Source: Candidatus Acidiferrum sp.
Lineage (GTDB): Bacteria; Acidobacteriota; Terriglobia; Acidiferrales; UBA7541
NCBI GenBank assembly: GCA_035310525.1
Contig: DATGED010000090.1
Span: 1,336-65,335, forward strand
DNA: 64,000 nucleotides
Direction of reading: 5' to 3'
Under the pieces are notes generated by a model. That model ran no database searches. It had not been told where the DNA came from and worked only from the letters and a program-made list of their open reading frames with translations. Position 1 is the stretch's first letter; every line of letters starts with the position of its first letter. Shown here one piece after another: positions 47,078-55,431 of the stretch. The translations under genes were made by a program, and so were the position numbers.

Positions 47078-48599
47078 AACGCGCCATACGCAGGAACGGC
47101 TCAGGATACAACCCCGCCGCGAGCGACACAAACACGGCCACCGTCAGCGCCACAGTTTGCCCGCTGCTGATGGTCAAAGTAAAAGGTTCGAGCGTCGCCT
47201 CGCCGGCAGTTGGTTTCTTCCATGCATGCGCGACTACCCGCCCGTAGCAGTACACCGCGAGCAGCGCATTGACGACCGCGAAAGCCGCAAGCTCCGGATG
47301 CGGCGCAGCGATCAGTGCTTTGAGGATGAAATATTTCGCCCAGAAGCCCGCTGTCGGCGGTATTCCAGCAAGCGACACCAGGAAGGCGGCGAGGAGCAGG
47401 GCCAGAACGGGACTTCGCCGGTACAAGCCATTTAAGTCATGCATCACTTTGACCGGGCTTCCGCCCTGCTCTAGCACAATCAATACTCCAAACGCGCCTG
47501 CCGTCATGAATGTGTAAACGCCCAGGTAGTACATCATGCCGCTAAAGCCGGTCTCATTTCCCGCGACGAGACCAAGCAGGAGAAAACCTGTGTGCGCTAC
47601 GGAACTGTATGCGAGCAGCCTCTTCACGTTCTTCTCGCGCAGCGCCGCGACGTTTCCCCACAAGAGAGATACGATCGCCGCCCCGCCACAGACATGAACC
47701 CATTTTTGATAGGCGAAGATGAACAACAACGAAAAGCATCTCAGGAACAGGACAAATCCAGCCGTCTTTGCAGCTGTGCTGAGGAAGGCGGCGAGGGGAG
47801 TTAGCGCCGATTCAGTGACCGCTGGCGAGAACCAATGAAGCGGTGCGGCATCGATTAGAAACAATATGCCAATCGCTAAGAAAACGAGCGCGAGCGTGGG
47901 ATGCCAGCTGGTAAGACCGCCGAACGGCACGCCGTTGTCCAGACGCACCTCCAGAACCGCGCCAATGCGCCCAAGATTCGTTGTTCGAAACACGGAGTAC
48001 AGAAGCAGAAAGCCGGCACCTAGCGCGATGGAGCTACATCCCCACAAGAGGGCATACTTGTGCGCCGCTTCATTCGTGCCCTGCCCGCGCCGCGAACACC
48101 TGGCGAGTAGAAAACAGCTCACGCCCATTATTTCAAATCCGAGCAGCACGACGATCAGATCGACCCCGGCAGTCATGAGCATCATGCCCATGCACGCAAG
48201 AAGCAGCAGTGAGTAGCAACTACCGCATCCTTCCTCTACGTTATCCAGATAGCGCACAGAGAGCAGAATGACCAGGGCCGTCGCGGCCAGAAACAACGCC
48301 GCGAAGAAAAGAAAGAACGGATCGACCAGCACGCCTTCGTGAAGGCCAAGAAGTCCGGGCGACTCAGGATTCACAGCGCGCGCAGCTCGTAAATGTCCGT
48401 TCTGGACAAACAGGGTAAAGCCGCTGAAGGCCGTTCCGGCCAGTGCGAGCAGCGCATTCCAATGTTTCTCCTTTGCTCCCAGCCAGCGGTTGATCAGCAA
48501 AATCCCGCTGGCAAACAGAAGCAACTCCAGCTCCGGCAGAATGAGTGCTCCCTCTCCGCTTAGAAATGCGCGCACGGGATTTAGCAAGGAGTGGATCAT
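47061..48599 (-). CDS. Second, divergent NuoN-like antiporter-family subunit (stand-alone)
   Basis: Full-length NuoN fold: LPE, GFEIM, KY, AKTAGF, NVKRLLAYSSVAHTG, SLAGIPPTAGFWAKY; the TM7 FK motif is changed to FL. Confidence 0.88.
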   Translation of the reverse strand: MIHSLLNPVRAFLSGEGALILPELELLLFASGILLINRWLGAKEKHWNALLALAGTAFSGFTLFVQNGHLRAARAVNPESPGLLGLHEGVLVDPFFLFFAALFLAATALVILLSVRYLDNVEEGCGSCYSLLLLACMGMMLMTAGVDLIVVLLGFEIMGVSCFLLARCSRRGQGTNEAAHKYALLWGCSSIALGAGFLLLYSVFRTTNLGRIGAVLEVRLDNGVPFGGLTSWHPTLALVFLAIGILFLIDAAPLHWFSPAVTESALTPLAAFLSTAAKTAGFVLFLRCFSLLFIFAYQKWVHVCGGAAIVSLLWGNVAALREKNVKRLLAYSSVAHTGFLLLGLVAGNETGFSGMMYYLGVYTFMTAGAFGVLIVLEQGGSPVKVMHDLNGLYRRSPVLALLLAAFLVSLAGIPPTAGFWAKYFILKALIAAPHPELAAFAVVNALLAVYCYGRVVAHAWKKPTAGEATLEPFTLTISSGQTVALTVAVFVSLAAGLYPEPFLRMARYAFGQ

Positions 48600-48654
48600 T
48601 TGGAAGGAAGGTTCCAGAAAAAAGGAAAGTAAGTAAACTGAAACGGAGTTGTGG

Positions 48655-48786
48655 CTATTTTTCGAACCGTAGCTCCCCCGCGCCTTGCCTCGCCCTGACC
48701 ACCGCCTTGACGACCGCCTTGATCACCGCCTTGATCAGCGTGACCCGCAGCTTGCCCTGTTCCAGTTCGAGGATTCCGTCAATCGT
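48655..48786 (-). pseudogene. proC: 3' remnant of pyrroline-5-carboxylate reductase
   Basis: Manual translation TIDGILELEQGKLRVTLIKAVIKAVVKAVVRARQGAGELRFEK* resembles the ProC C-terminal helix following the TPxG.T motif; no N-terminal part present. Confidence 0.72.
48697..48737. repeat. 12-bp tandem repeat, about 3.4 copies
   Basis: gaccaccgcctt gacgaccgcctt gatcaccgcctt gatca. Confidence 0.85.
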
Positions 48787-49255
48787 GACGCGCACCGTGC
48801 AGCACCTGCACGGCATGCGGCAAAAGGTGCGCAACTGCGTCCAGCGATTCCGACGCGCCCTTGGGGCTACCCGGCAAGTTTACGATCAGTGTTTTCGAAC
48901 GCACTGCCGCCATCGAACGGGAAAGCACGGCCGTCGGCGTTTTTTCCGCTCCTTTGCGCCGGATCTCCTCCCCGATTCCCGGTACAATCCGGTCCGCCAC
49001 CGCTTGGGTTGATTCAGGCGTATTGTCTCGCGGCCCGATCCCCGTTCCGCCGGTCGTCAGAATGACGTCCACTCGCCCGGAGTCCGCCAATTCACGAAGC
49101 TGTTCCCGAATGTTCGCCGGCTCATCCGATACGTGCAGAACGGAGGTTACTTCCCAGCCCAATCCCCTGCACCCGGCGACTACCGCGGGTCCAGAAAGAT
49201 CTTCCCGCTCGCCTCTTGCAACGGTATCGCTTATCGTGAGCACTGCGACGCGCAT
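48779..49255 (-). CDS. mog: Molybdopterin adenylyltransferase MogA/MoaB family
   Basis: VLTISD...G.REDLSG, TTGGTG.GPRD.TPE, NLPGSPK. Confidence 0.9.
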   Translation of the reverse strand: MRVAVLTISDTVARGEREDLSGPAVVAGCRGLGWEVTSVLHVSDEPANIREQLRELADSGRVDVILTTGGTGIGPRDNTPESTQAVADRIVPGIGEEIRRKGAEKTPTAVLSRSMAAVRSKTLIVNLPGSPKGASESLDAVAHLLPHAVQVLHGARHD

Positions 49256-49263
49256 CAGGCAGG

Positions 49264-50022
49264 TTACTTCGTTTCCACGGTGTCGCGATTGGCTTCGTCC
49301 ATCAGCCTCATCGCTTCCATAAGCAGGCCGGTCGTGTTCCGAGTCGTTGTCGTTCGCGACGAGGAATTCGCTGCGTTGAAATCGATTTCGAACTCGCCTG
49401 CGGTCCACAGCACCACCCGGTAAACCGCGTCATCCCCTTCGACTTTTCCAATCTTGGCGTCGCGGCACTGTCCGCCCGCAAAGAATAGTTCGCCCTGTTC
49501 GCCGTTGTGATTCACAACCAGCCGGCACGACTTCTGCCCCATCTCCAATGACTGCATCAGGTCTATCATGCTCATCTCTTCGAGCCGGCCCTGGATCACT
49601 CCGGGCCTCGATGCGCGTTTCTGCAATTTCTCCAGGTGAAGCCGGTCCACCACTTTCTTGGCGATGCGCACCAAGTCCTTTATGAGAAATGGCTTCGTGA
49701 CAAAGTCCTCGACTCCGTCCACCAGCGGCCGTAGTCGCTCTTCGATATCCGCGCGGCTGGCCATGAACAAAAACGGAATCTGTCGCGTGGCCTCGCGCCC
49801 GCGCAACTTTTCGAATAGCTGCCGGCCATCGAGCCCCGGCATTTTGTAATCGCAAAGGATTACGTCAGGAGGGGTATCAACCACCTTCAGAAGCGCATCC
49901 GCGCCATCCCCCGCCGTCTCGATTTCGCAGAACTGCTCCATCCCTTTAACAATCAGCTCTCTCACTAGCGGATTGTCATCCGCCACCAGCATCTTGACGG
50001 TTTTCGCGCCTGCCCCGGTCAT
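49264..50022 (-). CDS. Response regulator with C-terminal DUF4388 (PatA-N-like) domain
   Basis: Receiver ADD...D(YKMP)...KPF; GRLEEM..IDL.Q.LE.G.KS..L...G.LFF..G...W..GEF.I...LLMEA.R..DE. Confidence 0.88.
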   Translation of the reverse strand: MTGAGAKTVKMLVADDNPLVRELIVKGMEQFCEIETAGDGADALLKVVDTPPDVILCDYKMPGLDGRQLFEKLRGREATRQIPFLFMASRADIEERLRPLVDGVEDFVTKPFLIKDLVRIAKKVVDRLHLEKLQKRASRPGVIQGRLEEMSMIDLMQSLEMGQKSCRLVVNHNGEQGELFFAGGQCRDAKIGKVEGDDAVYRVVLWTAGEFEIDFNAANSSSRTTTTRNTTGLLMEAMRLMDEANRDTVETK

Positions 50023-50537
50023 CGGCTCCGGCTCCGGCTGTTTTTCTTGTGATTCCTGTCAACGCCTTCTGTGCGCAGAAAATCCCCGCTCTTCCCGCCG
50101 GTCTTCTTGACGAGAACTATCCCGCTGATTTCCATCCCTTTATCCAGGGCTTTGCACATGTCGTAGACCGTGAGGGCTGCGGCAGCAACGGCGACCAATG
50201 CTTCCATTTCCACGCCTGTCTGGGCGGTCGCCGTGACTTCGGAGCGAACTTCAACGCCATTTTGGCACAGCCGCGCAGTCACATCAATGTGCGTGATGGG
50301 CAGTGGATGACAAAGAGGTATCCACTCTGCCGTCCTCTTCGCCGCGGCTATCCCCGCAATCCGCGCCACTTCGAGCGGGTTTCCCTTGGGATTCCTCAGC
50401 CGCTTCACCTCTCGCACCACCAGGGGCTTCATCTTCACGAACCCTTTCGCCACCGCCGTTCGCGTCGTCGCCGCTTTCGCCGACACGTCCACCATCCTCA
50501 CTTCGCCGCCCCTTCCGTAGTGGGAGAGCTTCCCCAT
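50019..50537 (-). CDS. moaC: Cyclic pyranopterin monophosphate synthase
   Basis: MVDVS.K, IPLCHP, TGVEMEAL, YDMCKA, KTGGKSG. Confidence 0.96.
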   Translation of the reverse strand: MGKLSHYGRGGEVRMVDVSAKAATTRTAVAKGFVKMKPLVVREVKRLRNPKGNPLEVARIAGIAAAKRTAEWIPLCHPLPITHIDVTARLCQNGVEVRSEVTATAQTGVEMEALVAVAAAALTVYDMCKALDKGMEISGIVLVKKTGGKSGDFLRTEGVDRNHKKNSRSRSR

Positions 50538-50610
50538 TCTTCTTTGTGTCCTGTAAGCCTTTGCGAGCTTTGTGTAGAGTTTTTCTCTGTTTTTTGCGAA
50601 TGAATCCGCT

Positions 50611-51822
50611 TCAAATCAAATCGCGTCGCACCATCACGTCAACTTTCTCCCCGGCCTCTATTTTTCCTCGCTCGATCGGCACCACCAGGAAGCAATTGGC
50701 TTTTCCCAGCGCCGACACATCGCCCGATCCCTGCCATTTCAATGCCTTTACTTCCCTGTCCGGGCCTTGCCCCTCGAGACGTGCCGGCAAAAAGTGCGTC
50801 ACTCCGGGCTTCTCGTCCAGCGCTTCTCCCAATCGCGCTTCTATCATAGGCAGTGGCCTTGCTTCTGCCCCACTCAATAAGTCCACTGCCGGCGCGACAA
50901 ACAACTCGAAGGTCACCATCGTCGAAACCGGATTCCCGGGCAGCCCAAACACAAATTTCTCTCCGCACTTCCCGAAAACCGCCGGTTTCCCCGGCCGGAT
51001 CGCCACCGCGTCAAAATAAAATTCCGTCGCCAGCTCTTTCAGCACCTTCTCCACCAAATCGTACTTCCCCATCGAAACCCCGCCCGACAAAATCAGCAAA
51101 TCTTCCTGCAAGCCCCGCCGGATTTTGGAAGATAAGTCGTCCTCTCGGTCCATCGCATTTCCCAATAGGACAGGCTTGCCTCCCGCCAGCCGCACCTGTG
51201 CTGCCAGAGACACGCTGTTGCTGTTTCGAATCTGAAATCTTCCCGGCACGCTATCCACCGGCACAATCTCGTCCCCGGTCGAAAGAATCGCCACCCGCGG
51301 CTTCGCGCCGCATTTCAACTCCGCCGCTCCCACTTGAGCGGCCAGCGCCAGTTCGGCGTACCCCAGCCTCGTACCTGGAGTCAGCAGCGTCTGTCCAGCG
51401 CGTGCCTCGCTCCCGCGCGGAACAAAATTTTGGCCCGTCACGGCGGCTCGTTCGAACCGTACCTGGTCGCCTTCGCGTTTCGTGTGCTCGATCATGACTA
51501 CCGCGTCCGCGCCAGACGGCACCGCCGCGCCAGTCATGATCTGCACGCAAGTCTCCGCCCACAACTCTTTCGTGACCCGATCCCCTGCTTTGATTTCACC
51601 GGTGCACTTAAGCGTGGCTCCCGCCTTCGCGTCGGCCGCGAACACGGCATATCCGTCGCGTGTCGCGCGGTTGAACGGCGGGTACTCGCGATCCGTCTTT
51701 ATCTCTTGCGCCAGCACGTAACCCAGAGCCTCGCCGACGCGCACCTGTTCCGTCGCGCGCGGACCTTTCCTGGTTTCGAGCTGTTCGATTACTTTCCGGC
51801 GAGCTTCTTCGAATGTCAGCAT
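50611..51822 (-). CDS. moeA: Molybdopterin molybdotransferase
   Basis: PPF....DGYAV, IMTGA.VP.GADAV..IE, STGDE, SGGVSMG..D, PGKP, GLPGNPVS. Confidence 0.95.
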   Translation of the reverse strand: MLTFEEARRKVIEQLETRKGPRATEQVRVGEALGYVLAQEIKTDREYPPFNRATRDGYAVFAADAKAGATLKCTGEIKAGDRVTKELWAETCVQIMTGAAVPSGADAVVMIEHTKREGDQVRFERAAVTGQNFVPRGSEARAGQTLLTPGTRLGYAELALAAQVGAAELKCGAKPRVAILSTGDEIVPVDSVPGRFQIRNSNSVSLAAQVRLAGGKPVLLGNAMDREDDLSSKIRRGLQEDLLILSGGVSMGKYDLVEKVLKELATEFYFDAVAIRPGKPAVFGKCGEKFVFGLPGNPVSTMVTFELFVAPAVDLLSGAEARPLPMIEARLGEALDEKPGVTHFLPARLEGQGPDREVKALKWQGSGDVSALGKANCFLVVPIERGKIEAGEKVDVMVRRDLI

Positions 51823-51877
51823 TCTCTTTACTGATCAACGCCCGGCGCCGCATTGCCGCGAGACACTGGGTACGATT

Positions 51878-53176
51878 TCACAACCATCTCGCCAGCAACG
51901 TCCCCGCCGGCACAATCGTGGCATCCCTCTCCGGCCCCGTCGAAATCATCCCGATCTCCACCTGCAAAAAGTCCCCGATGAATCGCAAGTAATCCATCGC
52001 CGCCTTCGGCAATCTTGCGCCGTCCTTCACCCCGTAGGTCGTCTCGCACCATCCCGGCAGCGATTTATATTCGGGCGTCACTTGCTCATACTCTTCCGCT
52101 AGCGCCGGCATCTCATTCAACGTCTTGCCTTTGTACTTATATCCCACGCACACTTGAATTTCGCGCTGCGTGTCAAAAACGTCCAGCTTCGTCACCACCA
52201 GCGAATCGATCCCATTGATCATCTTCGCGTAACGCAGCACCACCAGATCCAGCCAGCCGCAGCGTCGCGCTCGTCCCGTTACCGCTCCGAACTCTTTCCC
52301 GCGCTCGCGAACTTCTTTCGCCTCCAGCTCCGGCATCTCCGTTGGAAATGGCCCGCTCCCCACCCGCGTCGTGTAGGCTTTCGAAATTCCCAGCACGTGC
52401 TTGATTTTTGTTGGCGGCACACCCACGCCTGTTGTCGCTCCTCCGGAAATCGCGCTCGACGACGTCACAAACGGATACGTTCCGTGATCAATATCCAGCA
52501 TCGTCCCTTGCGCGCCTTCGAACAGCACCGACTTCCCTTCATCAAGCGCGCGATTCACCAGTTCCGCCGTATCGCAGATATACCCGCGAATCTTTTCGCC
52601 CAGTTTCAGCGTTTCTTCCACTTCGTGCGAAAAATCGATGTCCGCGCCGTACGCGCCCTTTGCCAGCCGGTTCTTCTCCTCCACCACGCGCGCGGCTTTC
52701 TTGCGAAAAAGCGCCGGCTCCAGCAAATCGCACATCCGCAAACCGCGCCGCGCCATTTTGTCTTCGTACGCCGGCCCGATTCCCCGCGAAGTTGTCCCAA
52801 TCTTGTCCGCCCCGCGAGCGCCTTCTGCCGCCTTGTCCAACTCCCGGTGATACGGAAAAATCAAATGGGCGCGATTGCTAACGTGCAATCGGCCCTTCAC
52901 GTCGATCCCAGCCTTCGCCAGCGTCTCTATCTCTGCCACCAAAGCCGCCGGATCGACCACCACGCCAGTTCCAATCACCGCCTGCTGCTTCGGCCGCAAA
53001 ATACCGCACGGAATCAACTGCAGCACATAGCGATCCTTGCCGATAATGACGGTGTGCCCGGCGTTGTGCCCGCCTGCCACGCGCGCAATATAATCGAACG
53101 ACCCTGCAAGGTAGTCCACCACCTTGCCCTTGCCTTCATCCCCCCACTGCGCCCCCACCACCACGACCGATTTCAT
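51878..53176 (-). CDS. purA: Adenylosuccinate synthetase
   Basis: QWGDEGKGK, GG.NAGHT, IGTT.RGIGPAY.DK, EGAQG..LDIDHGTYP, TGR.RRCGW, TKLD. Confidence 0.98.
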   Translation of the reverse strand: MKSVVVVGAQWGDEGKGKVVDYLAGSFDYIARVAGGHNAGHTVIIGKDRYVLQLIPCGILRPKQQAVIGTGVVVDPAALVAEIETLAKAGIDVKGRLHVSNRAHLIFPYHRELDKAAEGARGADKIGTTSRGIGPAYEDKMARRGLRMCDLLEPALFRKKAARVVEEKNRLAKGAYGADIDFSHEVEETLKLGEKIRGYICDTAELVNRALDEGKSVLFEGAQGTMLDIDHGTYPFVTSSSAISGGATTGVGVPPTKIKHVLGISKAYTTRVGSGPFPTEMPELEAKEVRERGKEFGAVTGRARRCGWLDLVVLRYAKMINGIDSLVVTKLDVFDTQREIQVCVGYKYKGKTLNEMPALAEEYEQVTPEYKSLPGWCETTYGVKDGARLPKAAMDYLRFIGDFLQVEIGMISTGPERDATIVPAGTLLARWL

Positions 53177-53446
53177 TTTTCGCCCCAGTAGGAATCACAC
53201 ATTTGTCTGTTCTCTTCACGCCCGCATGTCTTCTTCACGAGCGTTTTATCGTCGCCCACACTTCTTCACTCTCGAATCTTCTTCTTCAATTCATCTCAGG
53301 AAAGCACCAGAAACTGGCAGGTTCCAATCGTATGCCCCACCCGCTCGCAACGCAAGCGTGTGCGAAGAGACTCCGCAGTCCGCAGATTCATTGCATCGCC
53401 CACAAAGTCCGCTTATCCTGTGCCGACACAAAGGAGCGTCGCCTCC

Positions 53447-54169
53447 ATGCGAACCATTACTCTCACTTTATTTCTCGTGTCCCTCGCGGCAGCGCCCACG
53501 GCCCTGGGGCAGGATGCGGTGTCCACCACTCACGGCTCCGTGAAAGTCGCGTTTGAAAACGAGCAGATTCGCGTTCTGCATGCGCGCTACGCACCGCATC
53601 AAAAGATCGCTATGCATTCGCATCCCGCGCGTGTCGTCGTGTGCATCACCGACATGCACGTGATGACAACTCTGGCCAACAGCCAAACTCAGGAACTCCG
53701 CTGCAAGCCTGGCGATTCGCGCTGGTCCGAGCCCGTAACTCATTCCGTGGAAAATCTCGAGGACGCACCGTTTGAGGTTGTTGAAGTCGAACTGAAGAAC
53801 TCCTCCGCTCCCGCCGTTGCCGTTTCCCACTCTGCAGGCTCAGGCGCCTCCTTACCGGAGCCCGTCCCCGTTGAAATGGAACCGCATCACCATTTCGTCT
53901 TTCAGAACCAATACGTCCGCGTTCTCGACGTCCTCTTCCCTGCCGGAGAAGCCTCTCTGTTCCACTCGCACAGCAACGATAACGTCGGCATTCCCATCAG
54001 CGGAGACAAAACGCAATCCCAGCCCTACGGCGGGGAGTGGACCGAAGTGCAGGACGTCCAGCCCGGCGGCGCCGGTTTTCGCAAAGCTCGGGGGCAGGCC
54101 TACTCGCATCGCGTGCGCAGCGCCGGGAAACTTCCGTTCCACGTCATCGACGTCGAGATCTTTCCTTGA
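53447..54169 (+). CDS. Secreted tandem-cupin protein
   Basis: Signal peptide; two units ENEQIRV..MHSH...HSVEN..VELK and FQNQYVRV..FHSH...HRV...IDVE; AAGGAG RBS. Confidence 0.75.
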   Translation: MRTITLTLFLVSLAAAPTALGQDAVSTTHGSVKVAFENEQIRVLHARYAPHQKIAMHSHPARVVVCITDMHVMTTLANSQTQELRCKPGDSRWSEPVTHSVENLEDAPFEVVEVELKNSSAPAVAVSHSAGSGASLPEPVPVEMEPHHHFVFQNQYVRVLDVLFPAGEASLFHSHSNDNVGIPISGDKTQSQPYGGEWTEVQDVQPGGAGFRKARGQAYSHRVRSAGKLPFHVIDVEIFP

Positions 54170-54480
54170 AATTCTCATTAATATCCGCCGAGGGACGCTG
54201 ATCGCGGTTCCCGATTCACTTCGGGCGACCGGTGGCCTCAATGCGCATCCATGGTGTCAAGCACCTTCCCAACCTTCAATCACAAAGACTTTACCCGCTA
54301 CTCCGGAATCCAAGGAGTGCGCCCGAGCGCCTTCGCAACACCTTGGCTCCTACTCCTCGTTCCACTCTGAAATGATTACGATTCGCAGATCCGGCCAACC
54401 GAGTGCTGATTACCTTTCGGAAACTCCCTATCTATCGTCCCTGCACGCTTACTTTCCATCCCGTGCTAGGTTTGAGCGAC

Positions 54481-55377
54481 ATGCGCCCACCTCCAAAGTG
54501 GACCGAATCTGCCCGCTACCCGGTCATCGCTGGAACCATACTGCTCGCCGTGGCCCTGACCATTGCGTGGCGGGCCAGGTACGACATGTCCAGGCTCTTT
54601 GCAACTGCGGAGATTCGGCGCGGTCAGCTCTGGCGGTTGTTCACCAGCATCTTTCTGCATCTCGACATCCTGCATCTTGTATTCAACGTCTACTGGCTTT
54701 GGGTCTTTGGGACCGCACTTGAAGGCGTGTTCGGACACGTCAAAACTGCCGCGCTCTTGGTTCTCTTTGCCGTCGGCTCAAGCTCCTTTGAGTTTGCCTT
54801 CGCCACTGGCGGTGTTGGTCTTTCGGGAATTGGCTACGGTTTGTTTGGCCTGCTGTGGGTATTGTCCCGCCGAGACGAGCGATTCCGCGATTCCATCGAT
54901 CAAAGAACGGTTGGCGTTTTCGTGGTCTGGTTCTTTTTCTGCATCATCACTACGCTGACCCACACATTCGTTGTCGCCAACACAGCTCATGGCGCTGGAG
55001 CTATTCTGGGCATTCTCGTTGGTTTTGCAATCATGACCCCCAGTCGTCGCGCGCTTTTTGCCTCGGCAGCCGCCACGTTCGTTGCGTTTGGCCTTTGGGG
55101 CTCAACTTACGGACGCCCACGAATCAATCTGTCCGGAAAAGCTGGCTTCGAAGAAGGGCAATGGGGTTACAAGGCATTGCTCGCGAATCACGACGAGGAA
55201 GCAGTTCGCTGGCTGCGCGACGCGACGACACTGCAACCCAAATCCCCTGAGCTGTGGATGGACCTGGGCATCGCCTACCAGCGATTGGGTAATATGCCCG
55301 CCGCGATGGCCGCTTACAATCAAGCGCACAAATTGAAACCGGATGATCCCGCATATGCTCTACCTGCTGAAAAGTAG
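54481..55377 (+). CDS. Rhomboid intramembrane serine protease with C-terminal TPR
   Basis: WRL.TS.FLH...HL.FN, GLSG nucleophile, AHGAG histidine; TPR tail. Confidence 0.88.
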   Translation: MRPPPKWTESARYPVIAGTILLAVALTIAWRARYDMSRLFATAEIRRGQLWRLFTSIFLHLDILHLVFNVYWLWVFGTALEGVFGHVKTAALLVLFAVGSSSFEFAFATGGVGLSGIGYGLFGLLWVLSRRDERFRDSIDQRTVGVFVVWFFFCIITTLTHTFVVANTAHGAGAILGILVGFAIMTPSRRALFASAAATFVAFGLWGSTYGRPRINLSGKAGFEEGQWGYKALLANHDEEAVRWLRDATTLQPKSPELWMDLGIAYQRLGNMPAAMAAYNQAHKLKPDDPAYALPAEK

Positions 55378-55431
55378 GCGGTGGGAAATCAAGATCTGCG
55401 CGGCTCGCGGAAGGACCCAAATTTCTTCCCA

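Noticed and set aside
48697-48737. Possible CRISPR or tRNA-like sequence
   Set aside because: Contiguous 12-bp units with no spacers and no cloverleaf; explained as the proC remnant
50538-50605. Pyrimidine-rich ctttgtg-like repeats between moaC and moeA
   Set aside because: Too degenerate to define a repeat unit or family
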